A DNA stretch of 64,000 nucleotides from an uncultured bacterium (GCA_963848965.1 CAWKFG010000001.1:288001-352000), one strand, 5' to 3'. Shown: positions 39,594 through 49,635, counted from the stretch's first letter. Notes: generated from the letters alone by a model not told the origin. Numbers and translations: made by a program.

Positions 39594-40688
39594 ATGTTTA
39601 ATCCTTGTTTTACTATAACTACCTATCTAGCCTCTCTGCTCATGCGTATAGAAGGGTTACGTCAAGAAATTACTCTGTTACCTATTAATCCTTCTGTTTT
39701 GGCAAGTTTAAGAGAAACAGCTTTGTTGTCTTCAGTACATTATTCTACTGCTATTGAAGGTAATAGATTGACTGAAGAAGAAGTTATAGAAGTAATTTCT
39801 CATAATGTGCATATCTCTGGAAAAGAACGAGATGAGCATGAAGTATTAGGATATTATGCTGCTTTAGATGAGCTTGAGCGCTTAGTATTACGTAAAGATC
39901 CTTTAACTGAGAAGGTAATTCAAAAGTTACATGCTCTTGTAATGGCAGGAGGGAAAAGAAGAGTAAAATCAACACCCTATAGACGAGGGCAAAATGTAAT
40001 CCGGCAAGCTGGTAATAGAGCAATTGTTTATATGCCACCAGAGACTCAAGATGTTCCTCTTCTAATGCATGATTTAGTTGTGTGGATTAATAAAGCAAAC
40101 CAGGAATATCTTCCATGTCCTTTACGGGCGGCAATAGCTCATTATCAATTTGCTACTATTCATCCTTATTATGATGGTAATGGAAGGACGGCTCGATTAC
40201 TCGCAACGCTTATTTTACATCAAGGTGGCTACGATCTTAAAGGTCTTTATTCGCTTGAAGAATATTATGCAAAAGATTTGGGCACATATTACCAAGCGTT
40301 AACCATAGGGCCTTCGCATAATTATTATATGGGTAGAGCAGAGGCTGATATTACGTCCTGGCTTGAATACTTCTGTGCTGGGATGCTTGAGAGCTTTGAG
40401 AAGGTCAAAAATCAAGCGCTCAAAGCACAAGGAAGAGGATCTGTAGATACTTCTGAAACATTAAAATACCTTGATGTTCGACAAAGAAAGGTTCTTTCCG
40501 TTTTTTATCATCGAGAAGTAATTACTTCATATGATGTTGAAAAATTATTGCGTGTAAGGCCTCGAACTGCACGAGCGCTATGTAAGCAGTGGGTAGACAG
40601 CGGTTTTTTGATCATTGCTGATGCTTCTAAGAAAAGCAGAAAGTATAAGCTTGCACAACGCTATAATGATTTGAAGGGGAACCTTTAA
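39594..40688 (+). CDS. Fic-domain protein (class II-like) with probable C-terminal winged helix
   Basis: HPYYDGNGRTAR active site; STAIEGN inhibitory motif; start probably MFNP at 39594 (longest ORF begins 39573). Confidence 0.93.
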   Translation: MFNPCFTITTYLASLLMRIEGLRQEITLLPINPSVLASLRETALLSSVHYSTAIEGNRLTEEEVIEVISHNVHISGKERDEHEVLGYYAALDELERLVLRKDPLTEKVIQKLHALVMAGGKRRVKSTPYRRGQNVIRQAGNRAIVYMPPETQDVPLLMHDLVVWINKANQEYLPCPLRAAIAHYQFATIHPYYDGNGRTARLLATLILHQGGYDLKGLYSLEEYYAKDLGTYYQALTIGPSHNYYMGRAEADITSWLEYFCAGMLESFEKVKNQALKAQGRGSVDTSETLKYLDVRQRKVLSVFYHREVITSYDVEKLLRVRPRTARALCKQWVDSGFLIIADASKKSRKYKLAQRYNDLKGNL

Positions 40689-40697
40689 GGCTCCCCT
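40675..40697. terminator. Hairpin between convergent fic and carrier genes
   Basis: AGGGGAACCT-TTA-AGGCTCCCCT. Confidence 0.5.
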
Positions 40698-40700
40698 ATT

Positions 40701-41585
40701 CTATGTAAGTTTCTCCTCTAATGTTTCTTTCACATAACTTAATAACGGTATAGCTGCTGCAATACGGATAGTACGAGGAGTAAGCCCTTTATAGAGTTCT
40801 TGTATACCTTTTTCTCGTGCTATTTTTAGCGCAGCATCTAAGCTTCCTTTGTAAAGCTTTTTTGAAAGATCACGCTTGAGGGCAGTGCTTATAGAGTCAC
40901 AGGGATGAGTAAGAATGCCTGCTATTAATCCAGCAGGAACACCAGTGGCTATCGTATCACCTATGCGACTACCTGTAGTAATTCCTAAACGCTTTTTGAG
41001 CATATCGCCCAAGGTTATATATCCTACAGTGAATCCACCGTCTCTTATAGCTGTTGGTATAAGGCCACGATAAAGCTTTTTAAGATTACTGTAAGATACT
41101 GGATTATGCATATCAAAAATCTCTTGGATAGTACGAGAAAGCGTATCTTTTATCACTTGTCCTTGCTGAATTACAAGCATATCAGCAGGACTGCTTGCAA
41201 GTGCGGATGTGCCGCCGGCTATGAACGCTGCAGCAGTTTTTTGTGCATCTGAACCATTAAGATAAGGACTTAAAAGGCCGTTGATACCTACTTGTAGTGC
41301 AGTTATAGGCGCCATACTCGCTACATTAACACCATAACCTTTATAAAGCTGTTTTAAGAGTGATAATGCCGTTCTGTTTGCTGTATCAGAAGCTGTACCT
41401 GTTTGTAACCGATTTTTTATTGCTTGTAACATTTGTCCTACAAGAGTTACTTCACATGCACCAGCAGTGGCTCCAATAAGGCTATTTTCAAGCATTGTTA
41501 ATGATCTTTTTTGAGGTTTTTCCATAGCATACGAATATGAGCAGAGCATAGTTGTTATACTCATAAGTATAGGTAAAGTATACAT
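40701..41585 (-). CDS. Mitochondrial carrier family (SLC25-like) protein with signal peptide
   Basis: Three repeats: GATAGACE..QMLQAIKNRLQ..LYKGY; AGGTSALASSPAD..LYRGL; AGLIAGILTHPCD..LYKGLTPRTIR. Confidence 0.88.
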   Translation of the reverse strand: MYTLPILMSITTMLCSYSYAMEKPQKRSLTMLENSLIGATAGACEVTLVGQMLQAIKNRLQTGTASDTANRTALSLLKQLYKGYGVNVASMAPITALQVGINGLLSPYLNGSDAQKTAAAFIAGGTSALASSPADMLVIQQGQVIKDTLSRTIQEIFDMHNPVSYSNLKKLYRGLIPTAIRDGGFTVGYITLGDMLKKRLGITTGSRIGDTIATGVPAGLIAGILTHPCDSISTALKRDLSKKLYKGSLDAALKIAREKGIQELYKGLTPRTIRIAAAIPLLSYVKETLEEKLT

Positions 41586-41720
41586 AAAAATACCTTTATT
41601 TTATATTATAAATTAATATTAAGAGCATAGTACAAGGAACGTGCCTTTAAGCCACAGGTTTGTATATGCTTTTTGTAGCAAAAACGTAATTGTATTAATG
41701 AAATAGAAAATATTTTGTCC

Positions 41721-41852
41721 TTATCGGACAAACAGAGAAATAATAAAAGTAATCAGTGGAAGAAAGAAAGGAAGGGTAGAAATAAGAGAAGATGAAGAAA
41801 GATGTGAACGTTTGTGTATTTCACAGGCATACGACGTATGTGACGTATACAT
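41721..41852 (-). CDS. Putative 43-aa peptide with C-terminal hydrophobic tail (below ORF-track cutoff)
   Basis: MYTSHTSYACEIHKRSHLSSSSLISTLPFFLPLITFIISLFVR; AAAGG upstream; TTGACT...TACTAT further upstream. Confidence 0.4.
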   Translation of the reverse strand: MYTSHTSYACEIHKRSHLSSSSLISTLPFFLPLITFIISLFVR

Positions 41853-42153
41853 AAGGATACCTTTCATGTAAAAAAAGTTAAAATAATATAATATCATAGT
41901 TTATAGTATGCGATAGAATTTCAAAAAGTCAAGAGTTTTTTGAAGTGTATTACATTAGTACATGAGGGACTCTCTTGGGTGGGATTTTTTAGATATATCC
42001 TTAATATACGCATGAATAGCTATAAAGAAGAAAATTATTTGTCCGTGGTGCAAGACACTAGTATGAAAGAAGCAATCTAATTATTGCTATCTGGCAATAT
42101 GGTTGAGTATGCTAAAGATGATACTTGTATATGCTCAAAGATAAGGGGGAAGT

Positions 42154-42360
42154 ATGAGCAAAAAATTATATTCGTTTTTAGCAGGTGCTTTTACCTTGTG
42201 CGCTTTTAATCACCGGCTTCAAGGATGCCCAATTTGTATAGATTCATTAGGTGCTATCAAAAAGCCATTTTTCTGTTCTGATGAAGAGCAGTTAAAAGTT
42301 CGCATAAAATCACATCAACAAGAGATACATAAACTGTTAAGCAGTGAAGAAATTGTGTGA
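42154..42360 (+). CDS. Small secreted protein with CxxC just after the signal peptide
   Basis: ...AFNHRLQG-CPIC...; AAGGGGG RBS. Confidence 0.65.
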   Translation: MSKKLYSFLAGAFTLCAFNHRLQGCPICIDSLGAIKKPFFCSDEEQLKVRIKSHQQEIHKLLSSEEIV

Positions 42361-42541
42361 AAGCTTTGGTCTATAATTTTTTGAACGTTATTGAAAAAAT
42401 TTTATCTTCATGTACAATTGTAATAAATTGTTTTATGATATAGTAACTCAATGTACTATCTGTGCATAAAATAGGTGTGAGAACAAAGCACACTAGGTAT
42501 AGGGGAATAAAAAACTTCAATAATATAGCCAAGAAATAAAT

Positions 42542-44623
42542 ATGATAATGAAAAGCTTACTATTATTAGTTCTAGTCTCTAGTGGTTATACTTTTGCTAT
42601 GGAGAGTGAACATGCGCCTATTCAAGAGCAAAGTACCCAAAAAGATTCTGCAGAACTTCTCTCTGGACAAGCTTCTAAGAAAGCAAAATTTTCTGGACAG
42701 CAAGGAACTTTTGAATATGTTCATTCGTGTGAAGGATGTGGTACTTTATTTAGTCAGCTACCTGATTTACTAGGACACGAACAGTTCTGTGATGCGTTAA
42801 AAAATAAAGAAAAAAATCACTTAGGAGAGTTACAACATGCTGAGATAACTATACCATCTATGAATGGACATAAGGAAGAAAATGGTACGACACCTATGGA
42901 ACTATCATATATGCCCTTCAATGGAGCTAGTTTTACATTTCCTCCTGTTGTTGTACACTCAGAAAGTGCTGACATTGATAATGCTGATGAGGAGCTAGTA
43001 TCTATAAAAATTATACCAACTCCAGAAGGAAGTTTATTTCAGTGTGTACCTTGTGATGCTCTTTGTACTCAAGCAGAACAGATACGAGCGCATCTTCATG
43101 AAAAACATTATAAAAGAAAAAAATTTGTATATGAATCAGCTAAAAACAGGTATAAGTGTGATCAATGTAATGCAACTTTTGAACTTCCTGCACAAATAAG
43201 AGACCATCTTTTAAAGCACACAAAACAAGCGAGATTCTCGTGTGAGATATGTGATAAAGATTTTAAGCTTAAATCTGAATTAGAAAGTCATAAGAATAGT
43301 CACAAAAAAGGGGAGTCGTCACCGAGCGTTACTACTCCTGTAAGCACAATTCTGCCACCACATATATCACCAGTAACAGTTCCCCTTAGTACAGTGGGAA
43401 CACCTCATTGGCAAAATTTTATCAGTGTTTTGGGTAAGGAGCCCGAAAAAGTTCCTGAGCAACCTAAGCATTCTACGAGAGCTCCAACGTTGGCAGAAAA
43501 GTTGGCAGCTTTGAGAAATTCTAGAGAACTTCGTGTAAGTACTCCCGCCCAAGCGCTACCAAACACATCTATTACTCAAGGGATAGTACTTAATAACCTT
43601 AAAGATTTAGTTAAAAAAGAAGAACCTAAAGTAGTTTCTTCTCCTTTATTAATACGATCAGTATCAGCACAAGGGATTGTTCCTGAGGTTGATATAGCAG
43701 GGTATATAGACATTAAGCTTGCTGGTGCTTTTATAAACAAAGCAATTGAACTTGTCCAAAAAAGTTTGGGCTATAAGATACCTTTAGATGAAATAAATGC
43801 ACTTTTGGTTAAGGTATATGAAGCTCTTATTCTCCAGAGTATTGATGGGAAAATTGATAAAAAACTTGTAGACAATATGAAGTCGTATATATTTCAAAAG
43901 ATGGTATTTGGAGCCACTACAGCTACGCATAGTTTGCCAGATGTGCTCGGTACTCTTACTAAGCATTATAAAGCACATACTTTTTATCTACAGTCTGTAA
44001 ATCAAGGAGATGATTGGTCCTGTGGTTATTGGGCTGTATTTAATGCGCTTGCTTTAAACTATCTTCTTGAAAAAGGCTATGCTGTTACCTCAGACCATCT
44101 TCAGACACTTACGCATGATAAAGTCAGAAAACTAATTTCTAATGTGCCTAAACAGTCAATTGATGAAGCTCAGTTAATGGCTCTTATTCATGCTCAAGAG
44201 TTAAAAGATGTGTTTATACTAACTTTTAATCAAAAGAATAAAAATGAACAATCTCTTTTGGCATGTACTTATGAAGGTCCTTATGATGAAAAAGAGGATA
44301 GTAATCCGTATTCTACGGTAACATTTACTCAAGAGCAGAATGAGTTTACTGAGATATTTGCTTTACTCCGTGAGCGTATTAAACAAAATGATAAAGCACG
44401 TGCCTACCATTTTATTTGTAATTTAGAAGCGTATCATTGGATTCTTATCTCTATAGTAAAGCGTGTAGATAGAGGTCCTATTATAATAATTCTCGATTCT
44501 GCTCAATTTCCTGTACCACATCGAGGAAATGAACAGTATATCACATTTTTATATACGACATTTATACAGCCGTTTTATCAGCAGATACAAGCCTCTATTG
44601 GCGAGCAAAAAGAAACGGTATAA
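42542..44623 (+). CDS. Signal-peptide protein with C2H2 zinc fingers and C-terminal Josephin/papain-like cysteine protease domain
   Basis: CVPC..HLHEKH, CDQC..HLLKH, CEIC..HKNSH; NQGDDWSCG...FICNLEAYHW...ILDS. Confidence 0.8.
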   Translation: MIMKSLLLLVLVSSGYTFAMESEHAPIQEQSTQKDSAELLSGQASKKAKFSGQQGTFEYVHSCEGCGTLFSQLPDLLGHEQFCDALKNKEKNHLGELQHAEITIPSMNGHKEENGTTPMELSYMPFNGASFTFPPVVVHSESADIDNADEELVSIKIIPTPEGSLFQCVPCDALCTQAEQIRAHLHEKHYKRKKFVYESAKNRYKCDQCNATFELPAQIRDHLLKHTKQARFSCEICDKDFKLKSELESHKNSHKKGESSPSVTTPVSTILPPHISPVTVPLSTVGTPHWQNFISVLGKEPEKVPEQPKHSTRAPTLAEKLAALRNSRELRVSTPAQALPNTSITQGIVLNNLKDLVKKEEPKVVSSPLLIRSVSAQGIVPEVDIAGYIDIKLAGAFINKAIELVQKSLGYKIPLDEINALLVKVYEALILQSIDGKIDKKLVDNMKSYIFQKMVFGATTATHSLPDVLGTLTKHYKAHTFYLQSVNQGDDWSCGYWAVFNALALNYLLEKGYAVTSDHLQTLTHDKVRKLISNVPKQSIDEAQLMALIHAQELKDVFILTFNQKNKNEQSLLACTYEGPYDEKEDSNPYSTVTFTQEQNEFTEIFALLRERIKQNDKARAYHFICNLEAYHWILISIVKRVDRGPIIIILDSAQFPVPHRGNEQYITFLYTTFIQPFYQQIQASIGEQKETV

Positions 44624-46988
44624 CAGAGTCAGGGTTGAGTGAGAGTGAACTAATACCTTTTTCTATAAGGAGCTCTGCAATCTCTGGAAAATCAGAAGGA
44701 GCTTGGCCACAGATGCCTATAGGAACTCCTATCCGTTGTGCAGTTGTGAGCGCTATATCAAGCATCTTTATAACTGCAGGATCCCGTTCGTCAAATTGTG
44801 TGCTTAAAAACCCAGAATCTCGATCAACTGCCAAAGTAAATTGTGTAAGATCATTAGATCCTATGGAAAAACCATCAAAATAGCGGGCAAATTCTTCAAG
44901 AAGAATAACATTTGAAGGGATTTCACACATCATAAGAATTTCAAGATTATGCTCTTTCCGTATAAGCCCATGGTGAGCGAGAGCATCTAAGGTACATTGA
45001 GCTTCACCTATAGTACGAACAAATGGGACAAGTAGTTTAACATTGGTGAGCCCCATATCTCTCCGCACTTTTTTGAGCGCTGCACATTCTAGTGAAAATG
45101 CAGGCGCATAAGTAGGATTACAATAACGTATTGCTCCACGAAAACCGAGCATTGGATTCTCTTCATCTGGCTCAAAAAACGTTCCTCCAAGTAGGTTGCG
45201 ATATTCATTACTTTTAAAATCAGATAATCGTACAATAACAGGTCGCGGATAAAATGCAGCTGCAATGATACCAATACCGTGAGCAAGTGTCTCTATAAAG
45301 AATGTTTTTGGATCTCCATAGGGACGAGAAAGCGTCTCTATTATTTTGCGTAAAGCAGGATCAGTAACTTTCTCTATATGGCATATTGCCATAGGATGGA
45401 CTTTTATAAAATTCGTGATGATAAATTCTACTCGTGCAAGGCCTACCCCATCTACCGGTAAGAAAGAGAGTTCATATGCTTTATCAGGATCTGCAATATT
45501 AAGAAGTACGGGAACAGGAGGAATTGGTACCTTTTTAAGTTCTATTTTTGTTATCTCAAATTCTTGAGCTCCTTCGTAAATGTATCCTACTGCTCCCTGG
45601 CTACAGTCAACTGTGACGAAATCTCCGTCTTTTATCAATTCTGTTGCGTCATTTGTGCCGACAATTGCAGGAATACCAAGTTCTCTGCTTACAATAGCAG
45701 CATGGCACGTTCGTCCTCCTTGATTCGTGATAATTGCTGAAGCTTTTTTCATGAGAGGAACCCAATCAGGATCGGTCATGTGAGTTACTAAGATGTCACC
45801 TTCGCCAAATGTAGTGTGTTCATGAATGCTTGTTAGAATACGAGCTTGTCCGTAAGCAATCTTTTTTCCAATACTTAAGCCTGTTAAAAGAGTATGTGGA
45901 GGTACATCTGTCTTTTTTAATGAATAGCGAATGAGTACATCGGTTTGTGCATTTCTGGCGTGCACTGTTTCAAAGCGTGCTTGAACGATGTATAATTGTC
46001 CATCAATACCATCTTTTGCCCACTCGATATCCATGGGGGACCACTTATTGCGTAGCGTACTATAGAGATTTTCAATCGTAAGTGTTTGGCGAGCAAGATC
46101 GAGTATTTCATCATCTGTTAAAGAGAACTGTTGTGCAGCAAGAGGATCTACCGATACCTCTTCTATAGGATTATGTATATCTTTTGTATAAATAAATTGT
46201 ACTTCTTTGCTTCCCAAATATTTTTTAATGATAGGACGATATCCCTGTATAAGTGTTGGTTTATGTACGTGGAATTCATCAGGATTAGCAAGCCCTTTAA
46301 CAATAGCTTCTCCAAGCCCATACGATGAAGTAATAACTACTATATCTTTAAATCCGGTATCGGTATCTAAAGAAAAAATGACACCAGCACTAGCTTTATC
46401 TGAACGTACCATTTTTTGAATACCGACAGAGATACCAACTTTAAAATGATCAAATCCTTGTTCCATACGATAGACAATAGCTCTATCGGTAAAGAGAGAA
46501 GCCATACACTTTCGTGTTGCATTCAGCACTTCTTCAATTCCTTGCACATTGAGATAGGTGTCTTGCTGACCTGCAAAAGAAGCATGAGGTAGGTCTTCTG
46601 CGGTTGCAGAAGAGCGGACGGCAACGTCTATGTTAGTACGGTTGTAATAGTCTGAAAGCCATGTATACGCATAAGCGATTTCTTCTTTAACTTCTGCTGG
46701 TAATGGCTGTGAAGTGATGAGATGACGAATTTCTGCACCAAGTTTCTGAAGCGTTTCCACTGGTAAGGGAGCTACAAGCTGTTCTACAAGATGTTTTAAT
46801 GGCTCAAGAAGGTTATTGTACTTTAAATGATACCAATAAGCATCTGTTGTTATTGCAAATCCTAAGGGAACCTTAATACCTTGATCTTGTAATTGTTGTA
46901 CCATCTGCCCTAAAGAAGCGTTTTTTCCTCCAACGAGTGGCACATCTTGCAAAGAAATTTCGGTAAAATATTTTATAAATCTCATCAA
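44595..46988 (-). CDS. ppsA: Phosphoenolpyruvate synthase
   Basis: VGGKNASLG, VAVRSSATAEDLP..SFAGQQDT, GGRTCHAAIVSRELG, SIGSNDLTQ, GICGQAPSD. Confidence 0.98.
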   Translation of the reverse strand: MMRFIKYFTEISLQDVPLVGGKNASLGQMVQQLQDQGIKVPLGFAITTDAYWYHLKYNNLLEPLKHLVEQLVAPLPVETLQKLGAEIRHLITSQPLPAEVKEEIAYAYTWLSDYYNRTNIDVAVRSSATAEDLPHASFAGQQDTYLNVQGIEEVLNATRKCMASLFTDRAIVYRMEQGFDHFKVGISVGIQKMVRSDKASAGVIFSLDTDTGFKDIVVITSSYGLGEAIVKGLANPDEFHVHKPTLIQGYRPIIKKYLGSKEVQFIYTKDIHNPIEEVSVDPLAAQQFSLTDDEILDLARQTLTIENLYSTLRNKWSPMDIEWAKDGIDGQLYIVQARFETVHARNAQTDVLIRYSLKKTDVPPHTLLTGLSIGKKIAYGQARILTSIHEHTTFGEGDILVTHMTDPDWVPLMKKASAIITNQGGRTCHAAIVSRELGIPAIVGTNDATELIKDGDFVTVDCSQGAVGYIYEGAQEFEITKIELKKVPIPPVPVLLNIADPDKAYELSFLPVDGVGLARVEFIITNFIKVHPMAICHIEKVTDPALRKIIETLSRPYGDPKTFFIETLAHGIGIIAAAFYPRPVIVRLSDFKSNEYRNLLGGTFFEPDEENPMLGFRGAIRYCNPTYAPAFSLECAALKKVRRDMGLTNVKLLVPFVRTIGEAQCTLDALAHHGLIRKEHNLEILMMCEIPSNVILLEEFARYFDGFSIGSNDLTQFTLAVDRDSGFLSTQFDERDPAVIKMLDIALTTAQRIGVPIGICGQAPSDFPEIAELLIEKGISSLSLNPDSVIPFLFARQ

Positions 46989-47384
46989 TGTTCCAATAAA
47001 GCATTTTTTATCAATGATACTAATTTATAGCTTATGTGTGAAGAGATAAGGCAGTGCTTCAGATAAAATATGCTCATTTGGTATAATTACTAAGTTTTGC
47101 TGAATCAAAAATTATGTTACAATTAAACTAAGTTTTAATAGTAATTAAAAAATATTGTGCAGTATTTATCAAACGGTAGAGAAGAATACTGATAATGCTC
47201 TTAATTTTTCGCAGGTTTCTTTGTAAGTAAAGATACCGATAAAAAAGTGAAGAACATCAACGCCCTTCAACGACTTCTGGTAAGCCTGAAAATGAGCGTG
47301 CCAACTCTCGTAATCAAAAGTAAAAATCTATATTCTATGCGCTTCAGCCTTAAAGTAATAAAGAGCAAGTTTTCATACAATTCC

Positions 47385-48308
47385 TTAAAGATTATGTTCA
47401 ATAACTTTTGCTGGGTTATAAATAAAAGAATCAGTAGTATGCAATGAGGCTAAAAATTTACGTATATGTGGCCCATATTCAGCATCTTGTAAAGAAGAGC
47501 CTATAACTGCTTTGATCCATCCAAGTGGAGTACCAAGATCGTATCGTGTACCTTGAATTTTATAAGCAAAAACTCGTTCATTATGTTGCATCATATGAGA
47601 AAGAGCATCAGTAAGTTGCAGCTCTTGAGATGCATAGGTGCTTATCTGTTCTAGTGAGTTAAATATTTTGTGTGATAAAACATATCTACCAACGATTGCC
47701 AAAGAAGAGGGTGCATCTTTTGGATGTGGCTTTTCAACAACGTGAGAAAGCTGAAAAAGATGCGGAGTAATTTGCTTTTTAATGCCTACAATGCCATAGG
47801 AAGAAATGCATTCAGTCGGTACCTCTTGCACAGCTATAACACTTGCTTTTTCTTGTCGAGCAATGCGTATAAGTTGACTTAAGCCTGGTTGCTTGCTTAC
47901 AATAATGTCATCAGGTAATGCTATAGCAAAATATTCTTTACCAATACTATGACGAGCTATCCAAACGGCATGTCCTAAGCCAAGCGGTTCAGATTGCCGT
48001 ATATACGTAAATTGTGCAAGACGTGAAATCTTATCAACACTATTGAGCAACGAAAGCTTATCCTTATCTTTTTCTTTCAGAAGAGCTTCAAGAAACGCAG
48101 CTGTGTCAAAATGATCAACTATTGCTTGTTTATTTTTTCCTACAATCATAATAAAGTTTTGAATATCTGATTGAAGCCCCTCTTCTGCAATATACTGGAT
48201 CGCAGGCTTATTTAAAAGGGGCAACATCTCCTTGGGTATAGCTTTGGTATAGGGTAAAAATCGTGCTCCTATACCTGCTGCAGGCACTACTACTTTCACA
48301 ATCTCCAT
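47385..48308 (-). CDS. galU: UTP-glucose-1-phosphate uridylyltransferase
   Basis: PAAGIGARFLPYTKAIPKEMLP, RQSEPLGLGHAV, VVEKP, QLTDAL. Confidence 0.95.
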   Translation of the reverse strand: MEIVKVVVPAAGIGARFLPYTKAIPKEMLPLLNKPAIQYIAEEGLQSDIQNFIMIVGKNKQAIVDHFDTAAFLEALLKEKDKDKLSLLNSVDKISRLAQFTYIRQSEPLGLGHAVWIARHSIGKEYFAIALPDDIIVSKQPGLSQLIRIARQEKASVIAVQEVPTECISSYGIVGIKKQITPHLFQLSHVVEKPHPKDAPSSLAIVGRYVLSHKIFNSLEQISTYASQELQLTDALSHMMQHNERVFAYKIQGTRYDLGTPLGWIKAVIGSSLQDAEYGPHIRKFLASLHTTDSFIYNPAKVIEHNL

Positions 48309-48327
48309 TCTTGCTCCTTTTTTGTTT

Positions 48328-49368
48328 TTAAAACTGTTTCAGAAAGTCTATCCTATTTCCATGTAAGAGGCGAATATCTGTAATACCATATCTAATCATT
48401 ACTAATCTTGTTAATCCCATACCAAAAGCAAAGCCACTCCATTCGTTCGGATCTAAATTACAAGCCCTTAAGACGTTTGGATGGGTGAGGCCTGCACCTC
48501 CAACCTCTATCCACCGTGTTCTTTTGCATACAGGGCATCCTTGTGTACAAAATGGGCATGACATGGCAATGTCTACCCCAGGCTCTACAAAGGGGTAATA
48601 GCTTGGACGTAGTCGAATAGTGAGGTCCTTACGTTCAAAAAGTGCTTGAAAAAAAGTTTTCATGGTGGCAAAGAGCTGTGCTAGTGATACATGCTTATCT
48701 ACAAAGAGCCCTTCAAGCTGCATAAACATAAACTCGTGGGAAGCATCTGTTGCTTCATTGCGGTATGTTCTTCCTGGTACTACTATAGCAAGAGGAGGCT
48801 TTTGTTTAAGCATCGTGTGAATTTCAACAGGAGAGGTATGAGTTCTTAAGAGAAGCCCTGGCAGAGTAAGCCAAAAAGTATCTTGCATATCTCGAGCTGG
48901 ATGATCAGGAGGTATGTTCAGTGCCTCAAAATTATGGAAATCAGTCTCTACTTCTGGCCCTTCTACAATAGCAAAGCCCATACTTATAAAGATATCCTCG
49001 ATTTTTTCTATAGTGGTTGTGTAAGGATGCAAGCTTCCATGAAGCTCTGTGGTACGATATGCTGTTACATCAAACGAAGCTTCTTGTAATGCTTGATGTG
49101 CAAATTTTGCTTGTGTGAGAGCCTCTTGCTTTATTTTGAATGCTTCTTGAGTATGTTCTTTAAGTGTATTAAACAGTGGGCCATACTCTTTTTTTTCCTC
49201 TAAGGAAAAGCTTTTCAGCTGATGCATAAATTCGCTTATAGTGCCTTGCCTACTTAAATGCTTTATTCTAAAATGTTCTAATTGCTCAAGAGAGGTAACG
49301 CAAGAAAGCTCGTGTAGAAACTCTTTTTCATACTGTTCAAGCGACTTTTTTATATCATCCATACTCAT
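48328..49368 (-). CDS. pheS: Phenylalanine--tRNA ligase alpha subunit
   Basis: NFEALNIPPDHPARDMQDTF, LLRTHTS, RPSYYPFVEPG, GFAFGMG; start trimmed to MSMDD. Confidence 0.97.
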   Translation of the reverse strand: MSMDDIKKSLEQYEKEFLHELSCVTSLEQLEHFRIKHLSRQGTISEFMHQLKSFSLEEKKEYGPLFNTLKEHTQEAFKIKQEALTQAKFAHQALQEASFDVTAYRTTELHGSLHPYTTTIEKIEDIFISMGFAIVEGPEVETDFHNFEALNIPPDHPARDMQDTFWLTLPGLLLRTHTSPVEIHTMLKQKPPLAIVVPGRTYRNEATDASHEFMFMQLEGLFVDKHVSLAQLFATMKTFFQALFERKDLTIRLRPSYYPFVEPGVDIAMSCPFCTQGCPVCKRTRWIEVGGAGLTHPNVLRACNLDPNEWSGFAFGMGLTRLVMIRYGITDIRLLHGNRIDFLKQF

Positions 49369-49479
49369 ATGCCATTGCTTAAAAACTAACCAGATACTTT
49401 TCTGCGCTCTTAAGACTAACAAACGGCGTATCAATTGGCAATGGGGATTGAAATAGTTCAAGAAAAAGAGCTTAATTGC

Positions 49480-49507
49480 TTGACAAAAATGGCTAAACAG
49501 GTACTAT
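49480..49507 (+). promoter_or_regulatory. Sigma70-like promoter for tRNA-Phe
   Basis: TTGACA-N16-TACTAT ending 12 bp before the tRNA. Confidence 0.65.
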
Positions 49508-49519
49508 TAATGATGTAGA

Positions 49520-49594
49520 GCCGAGGTAGCTCAGTGGTAGAGCAGAAGCCTGAAGAGCTTCGTGTCGATGGTTCGATTCCGTCTCTCGGCACCA
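49520..49594 (+). tRNA. tRNA-Phe(GAA)
   Basis: GCCGAGG...TCTCGGC-A-CCA; GAAGC-CTGAAGA-GCTTC. Confidence 0.96.
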
Positions 49595-49602
49595 TAAAAT
49601 AA

Positions 49603-49635
49603 AAAAAATCTCCAGACAGCATCTGGAGATTTTTT
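49603..49635. terminator. Bidirectional intrinsic terminator
   Basis: AAAAAATCTCCAGA-CAGCA-TCTGGAGATTTTTT. Confidence 0.85.

Noticed and set aside
47100..47447. 66-aa ORF and broken reading frames between ppsA and galU
   Set aside because: No RBS or motif, and it overlaps the galU 3' end; a decayed gene cannot be supported without a homology search.
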